This document shows positions 52,350 to 61,298 of a DNA stretch of 64,000 bases, in pieces. How positions within the stretch are numbered: position 1 is the stretch's first letter; each line of letters begins with the position of its first letter. The position numbers and the translations under genes are program-made. The DNA comes from a bacterium. Its GTDB lineage: Bacteria; SAR324; NAC60-12. Location of the stretch: assembly GCA_965205865.1 (NCBI GenBank), contig CBDBHR010000026.1, positions 224,997-288,996 of the forward strand, in the 5' to 3' direction. The notes beneath the pieces are model-generated. The model was not told the DNA's origin. It did not search any database and was given only the letters and a program-made list of their open reading frames with translations.

Positions 52350-54689
52350 ATGAATTCAGCAGCCAAACAATTTTCCGCTCTTAGCGGAATTAACGTGGTT
52401 GAGGTTGCGGGGGGTGACGCGGGAGCGTACTGCGCGAAGCTCTTTGCCGACATGGGAGCTACGCTTTTGCGCATCGTCCCGGCAGAGGGCGATCCCATGG
52501 AAAGCGAACTGATTCACCCAGATGAGAGATCGACGCGCGGACTGTACGCTGCTTATCTCAACGCAGGAAAGCAGGTGGTTCCTCCGAACGCGGTGGATCA
52601 AGTCGATGTCCTGATCTATGGGGAGGCCGCGGATCGGAATGTTCAGATAAAGCCCCCGCGCTTCGCGACCCTGGATGTCAGTTGGTTTGGGGCGGACGGT
52701 CCGTATGCCGACTGGTCCGGCTCCGATTTGATCATTCAAGCGTTGGCAGGCCTCATTCATCCGCTTGGGCCTGTCGATGGTCCACCTGTGTTCATGGGCG
52801 ATCATCAATCCGCCTTGGTGGGCGGTGTTGCGGCGTATTGTGCGGGGTTGGCGGCGCTGGTTGGTGGCGGCGCCCATCAGCGGTACGAAATAAGCACTCT
52901 CGAAGCCGTCATAATTGTCGCCGAGATGCAAATGTGTCAATCTCAGTCGCGCGGCGAATCGCTACCCCGGGTGGGTGTTAATCGATTCGTGCCGACCTGT
53001 CCTCTGGGCATTCACCGATGCAAAGAGGGATGGATTGGCATAACACTGATAACGCCCGTGCAATGGCAGAACTTCTGCGCAATCTTGGACCTGCCTGACT
53101 TGGCCGCTGAACCGGAACTTAAGTACCCCCAGGGCCGGGTACTCGCCGTCGAACGCTTAGAGGCAGCGTTTGATAGCAGGTTTCCCCTTCGCACAGCGGA
53201 TGAATGGGCAGCGCTTGGGCGGCGCGACAAAGTGCCAATGGTGGTTGTGCCAAACGCGCAAGGTATTTTGAAGCATCCGATTTTCAACCATCGCGTGTCA
53301 CTGGCGGAATTTTCAGGGGACGCTGTCACTTACCGAGTGCCTAGAACGCCGTTTCGTTTAGTGGATACGCCGCCGCGCCTGGACCTTAATGGCGATACCG
53401 AGGAGCCGGCTGTCAACTCAAAAACGAAACTTGCCGAAGACAGCATGAGCCCATTGGCCGACGTTTGCGTCATCGATTTTTCCATGGGATGGGCAGGCCC
53501 GTTGGCGAGCAGAATGTTGGCTGACTTTGGCGCCGAAGTTATCAAGATCGAGGCGGGCAGATATCCGGACTGGTGGCGATTGGTTGACTGGTCGCCTGAG
53601 GCCATCGAACGGGGTCAATACGAAGAAAGCCTGCAATTTAGCGCACTCAATCGCGCCAAGAAGAGCGTCAGCCTGGACCTCACCACCGAGGAGGGCCAGC
53701 GGCTTGCAAAATCACTTGTCGCTCATGCCGACGTCGTTGTAGAGAACCACGCGGCAGGCGTGATGGACCGGCTTGGCTTGGGCTACGATGTGTTGAGCAC
53801 TGGCCATAGCGAGTTGGTGATGTTGTCTATGTCCGCATTTGGTGCGGGGAATGCCTGGTCCGATACCCGCGCTTACGGCTCGGTTTTGGACCAGGGTTCC
53901 GGCTTACCGAGCTTCGTCGGCGAGGAAAATTGGCCGCCGACGATGGCGCACCTGGCATATGGCAATCCGATTGGCGGCATCTACGGCGCTGCGTCGTTAC
54001 TCACTGCGATTTTTCACCAGCGCCGTTCGGGTAAAGGCCAGTGGATCAATAACTCTCCGATCGAGGCGATGTTGCCCTTTACAACGCCTGCACTGCTGAC
54101 CAGGCAGGCGACTGGGCGCGAGCCGGTACGCTCAGGCAACCGGCATCCGGTGCTGGTCCCACACGGATGCTTTCAGTGCCGTGGGGAGAATCGATGGATT
54201 GCAGTCGCGGTGGCTGACGGGCAAAGCTGGAAGGCACTTGCCGATATTATCGAGCGTCAAGATTTGTGCGACGATGCCACGCTACTTGAGAGTCCGGCCC
54301 GCCATGCGCGGCAGGCCGAGTTGGAGAGCGCCATTGCGAATTGGACACGGGGAAAGGAGGCGCGCGAGGCCGCGTCCACCTTACAGGCCGCCGGCATCTT
54401 AGCCGCTCCGATTCACCATCTCGACGAAGTGGAAGCGGATCAGCACCTGCTTGCCAGGCGATTCTTCTATACCATTGAACGCCCGCACATAGGCCGGCAG
54501 ATCCAAGGCGGATTGCCATTGACGGTCAACGGTGAACGATATCCGATGCGCGGACTGGCACCCTTGTTAGGCGGCAATTCCGCGGAAGTGCTGAAACGGC
54601 TCGCGGATGTAGATGCGCAAGGCTTCGAATCGTTACTCAACCGGGGGATTGTGAGCCTGAAGCCGACCGAACTTCGAAAAGCTCGTTAG
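52350..54689 (+). CDS. Class III CoA-transferase (CaiB/BaiF), two-domain fusion; start MNSAA at 52350
   Basis: YCAKLFADMGA and WAGPLASRMLADFGAEVIKIE, LNRAKKSV.LDL, DVVVEN; GAGGAG RBS. Confidence 0.9.
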   Translation: MNSAAKQFSALSGINVVEVAGGDAGAYCAKLFADMGATLLRIVPAEGDPMESELIHPDERSTRGLYAAYLNAGKQVVPPNAVDQVDVLIYGEAADRNVQIKPPRFATLDVSWFGADGPYADWSGSDLIIQALAGLIHPLGPVDGPPVFMGDHQSALVGGVAAYCAGLAALVGGGAHQRYEISTLEAVIIVAEMQMCQSQSRGESLPRVGVNRFVPTCPLGIHRCKEGWIGITLITPVQWQNFCAILDLPDLAAEPELKYPQGRVLAVERLEAAFDSRFPLRTADEWAALGRRDKVPMVVVPNAQGILKHPIFNHRVSLAEFSGDAVTYRVPRTPFRLVDTPPRLDLNGDTEEPAVNSKTKLAEDSMSPLADVCVIDFSMGWAGPLASRMLADFGAEVIKIEAGRYPDWWRLVDWSPEAIERGQYEESLQFSALNRAKKSVSLDLTTEEGQRLAKSLVAHADVVVENHAAGVMDRLGLGYDVLSTGHSELVMLSMSAFGAGNAWSDTRAYGSVLDQGSGLPSFVGEENWPPTMAHLAYGNPIGGIYGAASLLTAIFHQRRSGKGQWINNSPIEAMLPFTTPALLTRQATGREPVRSGNRHPVLVPHGCFQCRGENRWIAVAVADGQSWKALADIIERQDLCDDATLLESPARHARQAELESAIANWTRGKEAREAASTLQAAGILAAPIHHLDEVEADQHLLARRFFYTIERPHIGRQIQGGLPLTVNGERYPMRGLAPLLGGNSAEVLKRLADVDAQGFESLLNRGIVSLKPTELRKAR

Positions 54690-54818
54690 GCAGGGTGTCG
54701 TAAAATGGGGGAAATTCAACCTCTAAGAAATAGATCAAGGAATTTATAAATCACAATTCCCTCCAATTCACGACTGGTTAGTCTGCAGAATCTCTCATCA
54801 AATGTATGGGTGTCACAT

Positions 54819-55079
54819 CTAATTTATCTTTTTTTGTTCTACCTGCCATAAATCATAAGCGACCTGATGTCCCATCCAGGATTCAGGACTGCTACCAAAA
54901 GCAAGGGAGAGTCGAAGGGCCATTTCAGGCATAATGCTTCCTTTTTTGTTAATAATTTTTGATAGAGTTTTGCGGCTCACTCCGATAGCCTTTGCTGCAT
55001 GGGTGATACTAATTCCCATGGGATCAAGCCATAGACCTTTAATGATTTCTCCTGGATGAGGGGGGTTATGCATTTTCAT
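54819..55079 (-). CDS. higA: HigA antitoxin
   Basis: [28 protein letters not shown]. Confidence 0.9.
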   Translation of the reverse strand: MKMHNPPHPGEIIKGLWLDPMGISITHAAKAIGVSRKTLSKIINKKGSIMPEMALRLSLAFGSSPESWMGHQVAYDLWQVEQKKIN

Positions 55080-55089
55080 TTTACTCTCC

Positions 55090-55265
55090 TCAATGATAAT
55101 CTTCGTAATTCACAATCTCTGTATCTTCTTCTACAATACGAAACGTAATACGCCAATTTGCTTGAACTGTTACAGCCCAAATTCCTTTCCTATCTCCTTT
55201 TAATTGATGTAATCTTAGGGTAGGGATTTCCATGTCATGAATAGATCGCGCCCAGTTGAACAGAT
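55090..55265 (-). pseudogene. higB: HigB toxin lacking its N-terminus
   Basis: RLHQLKGDRKGIWAVTVQANWRITF...VNYEDYH. Confidence 0.8.
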
Positions 55266-55351
55266 GACCGCAGAGGGGCATTCCGGTTGACCCCTTTATT
55301 ATGCATGCGTTTTAGGCGTTCCGCCATGACCTGATGAGCTTTCTCCGCATG

Positions 55352-55500
55352 TCATCTCCATCAATCGGCGGCATTTCCGGATTCTTTGGCGGCAAACCGG
55401 ACCTGGCTGCGCAACGTTTTGTCGATGCCTGGATGGCTTTCCCGGGACTGCTCGTGTTGCCAACCATCATGTCCATCGTAGGGAAGGGTTTGCAACAGAT
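55352..55500 (+). pseudogene. DppC-type internal fragment
   Basis: IGGISGFFGGKPDLAAQRFVDAWMAFPG. Confidence 0.75.
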
Positions 55501-55562
55501 TTAGCTGGGATCGGAATCTTTATCCTGGAGGAGAACACGTAGCCGTTCGACTTCCGCAAGAG

Positions 55563-55680
55563 CTTTTTTTTCTCTTTGCAAGGCGATTTCTTTTTCTTGT
55601 CTCTCTTTTTCTTCTCTTTGCAAGGCGATTTCTTTTTCTTGTTGCTCTTTTTCTTCTCTTTGCAAGGCTTTTTTCTTTTT
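55563..55680 (-). repeat. About three copies of a ~42-nt purine-rich coding repeat
   Basis: GCCTTGCAAAGAGAA three times on the minus strand. Confidence 0.75.
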
Positions 55681-55991
55681 CTTGTCGCTCTAGTTGGAAG
55701 CTTTTCAGGAGGAACGGTTGGTAGAGGGGATCCTCTTTTCTAGAGAATAACACATTGGGAGGAGGACAGCAATTTCCATTTTGGAATTCAGCATTGATCT
55801 GTCGTTTCAACATGACTTTCTCCCCAAAAGGAAAGGGCTCCTGCGGAAGGTCCTTATTTATACCAAAGTTTCTCCTATTAGACTTCCTCAAGTCTATCAA
55901 ATATTTCATTGAGCAAACCCGATCTTACCTCTTGACAAACTTTTCTCTTTCACATTATAAAACCATTCACTGTTTTTCAAACAGATAAGGA

Positions 55992-56410
55992 GTGTCATGG
56001 CCAAATCGGAAAAACCTGCAAACCCTAAAACGAAAAGGGACGCCTCATAATGATTTTTTTATTCAGCAGTGGAGTGATTTAAAAGTCGCTCAGGCTTTTT
56101 TTAAAGAGTATTTGCCCGCTTCCATTCAAGTAATCATGGACTGGTCTCAATTACGTCTGGCACCAGGCGATTTTGTGCAAAAAGCGTTGAAGAATCGTAA
56201 AAGTGACCTACTTTATGAAACTCGTTTTGAAGGAAGCGAGGGCCAGGAAATCAAGGGATTCTTCTTGATTCATTTCGAGCATCAAAAGGACCGGATGCCA
56301 ACATGTGCTATCGGTATTTTAGTTATTTAGTGGGGATTTATGAGCAATACTTGAAGCAATTTCCTAAAGAAGGACTCCCGATTGTTTTTCCGATAACACT
56401 TTTTCGGTAC
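55992..56410 (+). pseudogene. YhgA/Rpn-family N-terminal fragment, frameshifted
   Basis: PHNDFF, YLP, SDLLY, FEHQ, then ...YRYFSY...PIVFP in another frame. Confidence 0.8.
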
Positions 56411-56672
56411 TGTGCGACAAAGTTATGGAAATTGACTCTATTGTAAGGTATTACTTCTTCTTTCCGATATGAGGCAGTCCCCCTGTTGAGTGTTGTTGCG
56501 GTTTTGGTTATTCTTGAGGGTTGTGTTCACCCTATTTCTGAGAGTATCCAATGCGAAGACTGGCCCAAGTGGGAGACTTTTGTCCCAACTCATCTTGCTC
56601 CAACCACAATCAATGCGCAGAGAAAGGTTGCCCTGGCATAATCATCAAGCACGGCAAGACCTGATCGGCTCG

Positions 56673-57905
56673 TCAATGGTTCCGCTGCAGGGTCTGCGGC
56701 TCAAGCTTCATGGATTCATCGACCTGATTCGACAGAGTGACATTCCTTTGAGGAGCATGACGCCGGATGATTACCTTAAAACAAACGCCTTCTCGATCAT
56801 CAATGAATTCAATGTCAGGCCAATCCGTTAACGCCCGTTTGATCCCGGTCCCTAAACCTCGATAGGGAAGGAGATTCTTGGCAATAAAAGAAGCCAGAAT
56901 CGGATTACGGATATTGGAATTGCCTGCGAGAATTTGAGGCACGGTTAAATGATTGGGAAGATGCCCTGGGCTGATAATTTCGATACGGTTGCGCAAAATA
57001 AAGAGACGAACGGGAGCATTGATAAAGTAATCCCGGTGAATCAATGCATTGACCAGTATTTCTTCAAAGACCTCCCTTGGAATTTCAGGAGTGCCCCTCG
57101 TATTGATCCCTTGATTGCTTTGGATTTTGTGTAAATTTCTTAAAACGAATCCCATCGCTCCTTCAAATTGTTTCGGCAACGGGCCTTCAAAATCCTCACT
57201 ATCCAGATAATCCTTTTGCGAGATAGCGATTCCTGGGTAACAAACCGCCTTGATAGAAAAAGTGGGTTTGAATATTTGAGGTTTTTCTGCAAAGAGCAAC
57301 AAACCTGCTAAATTGAACAATCCCTTTTGAGCAAGATTCATATTGGACAACATTTGTTCTAATTCAAAAGTATTGTCGGGAAATTCCAGGTCATAATAGG
57401 CTTTTATAAAATCTCTGAAACGCAACCGATCAATATGAGTAACGTCCACCCGGGTCGGGACTTCATCGGCATAGATCGCATCAACCGTCTGAAATAACCT
57501 GCGCAGTTCTTCTTTGGAATTAACCCGTCGCTTATCAGATCCGGTTTTCAGCCAAATGATGCCATTTTTATCAAAGTAAGGTTTATCAATGCCCTTTGCA
57601 ATTTTTAAAACAATGACGATTCGTCCCTCTGGGAGAGCAACGTTCTCGGTCATCACGGCAATGGGGCTTCTTACATGTTGACTGGCCGTATTACTGATTA
57701 ATTGATTGATTTTTCCTAACGCTTCCCTCGCCACTCCAACTAAGAAATGATCATCAGCAATCCCAATCAAAATGGTTCCTCCCTCACTATTGGAAAAAGC
57801 TACCATTTCTGCAGCCAGGGCATCCGGATTGTGGATGGTTTCTTTAAATTGATGTTGACTGTCCTCACCACGATGGACAAGGGTTTTTAGTCCGTTTAGG
57901 TCCAT
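56673..57905 (-). CDS. Schlafen/AlbA_2-domain protein with HATPase_c_4-type C-terminus
   Basis: GEDSQHQFKE, VAFSNSEGGTILIGI, EEILVNALIHRDY, IEIISPG, RGLGTGI. Confidence 0.88.
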   Translation of the reverse strand: MDLNGLKTLVHRGEDSQHQFKETIHNPDALAAEMVAFSNSEGGTILIGIADDHFLVGVAREALGKINQLISNTASQHVRSPIAVMTENVALPEGRIVIVLKIAKGIDKPYFDKNGIIWLKTGSDKRRVNSKEELRRLFQTVDAIYADEVPTRVDVTHIDRLRFRDFIKAYYDLEFPDNTFELEQMLSNMNLAQKGLFNLAGLLLFAEKPQIFKPTFSIKAVCYPGIAISQKDYLDSEDFEGPLPKQFEGAMGFVLRNLHKIQSNQGINTRGTPEIPREVFEEILVNALIHRDYFINAPVRLFILRNRIEIISPGHLPNHLTVPQILAGNSNIRNPILASFIAKNLLPYRGLGTGIKRALTDWPDIEFIDDREGVCFKVIIRRHAPQRNVTLSNQVDESMKLEPQTLQRNH

Positions 57906-58099
57906 TTTCCGTCGTTTAAAGAAGCATTAAATGCATCTTTATAGCACAAATGCCGCTAGAAATACAGTTTTAAATGCATTTATTGCATCTTTATAATTAG
58001 GGAACCATCGTCGAGCAGCTGCAGTTCTCTCGCTTTCGTCATCTTGGCGTATGAGCGACAAGAGAAAGTCGCACCGCCATTTCAGGCATCACACTGCCA

Positions 58100-58915
58100 A
58101 TTATCATCGGCCAGGGTAACCTCAATGTCGGCAATTCGCAACCGATAGCTTACCTGAGAGGTCATCCGGTAAGCCGGTGACGTTAAGGATTGGCGAAAGG
58201 CCATGTTCATGGCACTGGACCTCGAAACCATTAACAATACCTACTACAAGGGTTGTGGAGATACAACGCCCAGGGGACAATCGGGGAAGGCCGGTTCCTA
58301 CATCCCGCTTAGCGAGTGGCCTCAGGAGGTTAAGGATACCTATAGCTATAACCCTGAGGGGGGCCGAGAAGCTGCTTGATGAAGCTGGCTATCCTCGTGG
58401 GGCGGGACCTCCTGAGCCGCCGATCTATGGGGCTCGAATTTAAATAATTGTCGGTCTGGCAACGACGACCATCAATGTGGTGATCGCTGTCTTCATCGGC
58501 GGCATTTCCGGATTTATGGGTGGAAAATTAGACCTGGCGGCGCAACGCTTTGTCGATGCCTGGATGGCGTTCCCGGGACTGCTGCTCTTGTTAACCATCA
58601 TGTCCCTCGTGGGCCAGGGGCTCCTCCAGATCATCGTGGTCCTGGGGATGTCCGGCGGCAATGTCGGTTCCAGAGTCGTCCGAGGCGCCGTGGTGGGCAT
58701 TAAAGAGAATGACTATTTTCTGGCCGCCAGGGCTGTGGGCACCCCCACCAGCCTAATCCTGATCCGCTATGTCCTGCCCAATATCATGGCGCCGCTCATC
58801 ATCGTCTTCTCCATCAACATCGGCGGGGTCATCATTGCCGAGGCATCGTTGAGTTTTCTCGGATTCGGACTGCCCCCCGAGATTCCCAGCTGGGGCAGCA
58901 TGCTCAGCGGAGAAG
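58100..58915 (+). pseudogene. Decayed SBP pieces followed by a DppC-type fragment
   Basis: AEKLLDEAGYPRG; dppC region from IYGAR to WGSMLSGEG. Confidence 0.75.
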
Positions 58916-59175
58916 GGCACAGCGAGAAACTCGCTCACCCCTTCTCCATTCTCTATTGCGCTGAAACTCACCCCGTCTATGCCGGGAGAGCCTTGATTGG
59001 CAAAGCTCTCCCGGTGAATTCCGTTGTCTGCTCGGGAGATAGCAGCTTTCCCCCTTCTGACCACAGGGTCGGCGCTTTCGGCTTGAGTTTCGAGGCTACC
59101 TCCAGGTTCATTTTCGTTACGGCCCGTTGTTTTGCCTGAAGGAACTCACAACCCGGAATTACTCCCACCTTGCTG
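58916..59175 (-). mobile_element. Group II intron scrap: domain I-like RNA joined to an RT N-terminal fragment
   Basis: Minus frame ANQGSPGIDGVSFSAIE (RT0 motif). Confidence 0.6.
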
Positions 59176-59358
59176 ATAGGTTATTGGTTGCTCTTTATTT
59201 ATCAGCAAAAAGTGATGGCCTTGGCAATTCAATTATTCAACTCCTGATTCACATATTATTGTCTGCAACTCAAGGGTTGCTTGATCGAATCATGCAAAAA
59301 AACATTTAGGAAGTCTGGCCTGAAATTAAAAAGAATGATATACATTACCCTATGTTTA

Positions 59359-59390
59359 TGACTATAGTAATTAAAATTCCACTATAGTCA
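59359..59390. promoter_or_regulatory. Palindromic operator upstream of the antitoxin
   Basis: TGACTATAGT-N12-ACTATAGTCA. Confidence 0.65.
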
Positions 59391-59421
59391 AAAATTCATA
59401 GTCAATTTGAAAGGAAAAGAA

Positions 59422-59646
59422 ATGAAAACGATTCCTGCAGGCCAATTCAAGACCCATTGTTTGTCTTTGCTCGATCAAGTGGCCATCACACGGGAACCGC
59501 TCATCGTGACAAAACGGGGAAAACCAGTAGCCCAGTTACTTCCTGTCTCACAGGAAGCCTCCGAATCTCACAATCCGTTAAAAAACAGTATCGTCTTTGA
59601 AAAGGACCTTCTCTCTCCCATTGAAGTCCAATGGGAGAATGAATGA
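59422..59646 (+). CDS. Phd/YefM-family antitoxin
   Basis: MKTIPAGQFKTHCLSLLDQV...IVTKRGKPVA. Confidence 0.88.
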   Translation: MKTIPAGQFKTHCLSLLDQVAITREPLIVTKRGKPVAQLLPVSQEASESHNPLKNSIVFEKDLLSPIEVQWENE

Positions 59647-59756
59647 TAGTGATCTTGGATACCCATACTTGGATTTGGTGGGTCAACGAATCCAATTCCT
59701 TATCAAAAAAAGCACAAAAGCATATTGACGTGGCGGAACTCCTGGGAGTGAGAAAT
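59643..59756 (+). pseudogene. PIN toxin N-terminus truncated by a MITE
   Basis: MIVILDTHTWIWW, interrupted at the GGGGTCAGGCC repeat. Confidence 0.8.
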
Positions 59757-60296
59757 GGGGTCAGGCCTTTGATTATTTCATTTGACGTTTCATTCTTCAA
59801 ATAAACTATCCCGGAGCAAGCTCTCTCGTTGAGGCTCGACTTTCGCTTCGCTCAAGCGGAGTATTTTGTCGGATTTTCTGATTCTCGCACTATCCAGGCA
59901 ATAACCGACCTTGCTTCAGAGGGTTCCCTCTATTTCCCCTTGGCAATTCTCCAAAATAAAATCAATATATTTTTGAACTTTCGAGAGCATAAAATCCTTT
60001 CTGTATTTTATGCAACGCAAAATCCGTGCTTAAATCGAAGGGCTCTCTGAAGAGACCTGAATAGTTACTGACAAGGTTATGATAGAGCGATCCGTTTTCT
60101 CAATTGGGGGTTATTTCCCTCTTCAATGAAGCCACCTTCGGGCAACCACCAGGGTGCCCCTACTCATGATGAATAAAATGGTAGGGATGCCCCTTGTGGG
60201 TACCCGAAAAACGATACTGACATCTATCATAACTTCGTCATACCGTACCGTCTTTTTAGAAGTGCCCAGATAAACCAATAGTAAAGGCCTGACCCC
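59757..60296. mobile_element. 540-bp non-coding element bounded by 14-bp perfect TIRs GGGGTCAGGCCTTT
   Basis: Inverted copy AAAGGCCTGACCCC at 60283-60296; internal GTAG-type REP hairpin near 60130-60205. Confidence 0.7.
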
Positions 60297-60397
60297 GTTA
60301 CTTTCAGAGAGAACTACTGAAGCCAGAGATCTTGCCCAGCCCTCAAGAAGCAGTTTGGAAGAGAAACCGTGAAAGGCGCGGAAGGGTGCAAAAAATT

Positions 60398-60823
60398 TTA
60401 CTCTTTTAGCATGTACTCCTCTTCAAAAACTTCAGTTCCAGATAATTCTTCAATTTGAGGAAGAACCCCTGTTTCTTGATGAGCCAATCTTTTTGCGGTT
60501 TGGAAACATTTGTTCCACAGTTCTGAAATATTTTGTTTCTGACTCGTTTCTTCCTCTAAGATTTCCTCGATTTCGACTCTGGTATTTTCGATGGTGACTG
60601 ACCAACTTCTAGAACGTTGGTTGGGTTGAATCTTCCACTTGATAATATGCATCATTAAACGGGTGAGTTGACTTCTTAAAGCTCGTCTTTCCGATCGTCC
60701 CAATGCTTCTATTAACTCCTCTATTCCCGTGGTTGCCTCATCCACATGTCCTGCCATCAGTTCCCTTTTGATTGCCTCTGCCGTCTGAAAGTGAGAGGTT
60801 GATGCTAATTCTTGCCATTTCAT
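60398..60823 (-). CDS. DUF29-family protein
   Basis: EELIEALGRSERRALRSQL..LMMHIIKW...RSRSWSVTI. Confidence 0.8.
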   Translation of the reverse strand: MKWQELASTSHFQTAEAIKRELMAGHVDEATTGIEELIEALGRSERRALRSQLTRLMMHIIKWKIQPNQRSRSWSVTIENTRVEIEEILEEETSQKQNISELWNKCFQTAKRLAHQETGVLPQIEELSGTEVFEEEYMLKE

Positions 60824-61298
60824 GTTTCCTCGAATCATCGTCAAACAATTTCGTCAATTTCTTTTTTGTTTCCATGCTTTTGTGACTTCAGATAATAAGT
60901 ACCTGAGCATAAGTTTTTACCCATTCCAACCCCACCGGAACGCCGGCCTCCTACCTCCCCTTGAATGCAAGCCCAGTTGAAAAAAGGGGAGGGACACGCT
61001 CCCCTCCTTGTTTAAGGAAGGGTTGGGGTGGTCCGGCATTCTGGAGGTCAGAAAGTAGCATCTAAAATGTTAAAAAACTTTTGGCCTAGTACTTAGGTAC
61101 TCTTTCCATAAAGTGACTCAATTTATCAGAAGTCCATTCGGGAATCAAATTTAATCTTATGATCCACGAAGGGCACGAAGGAAAGTATTATAGGTGCGCA
61201 CCCTAATTTACCGCGACTGGTCCATCCCCATTCCCTCATCAAATGATCGATTTTTCTGGGCTCCAAACTTTGGGAGGGGGTCAGGAGGGGGTCAGGCC

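Noticed and set aside
17038-58700. Recurrent antisense ORFs such as MAITAPRTTREPST... and MWSETIGSAK...
   Set aside because: These are shadows of GC-rich permease genes or of the repeated element; they recur only because the sense sequence is duplicated
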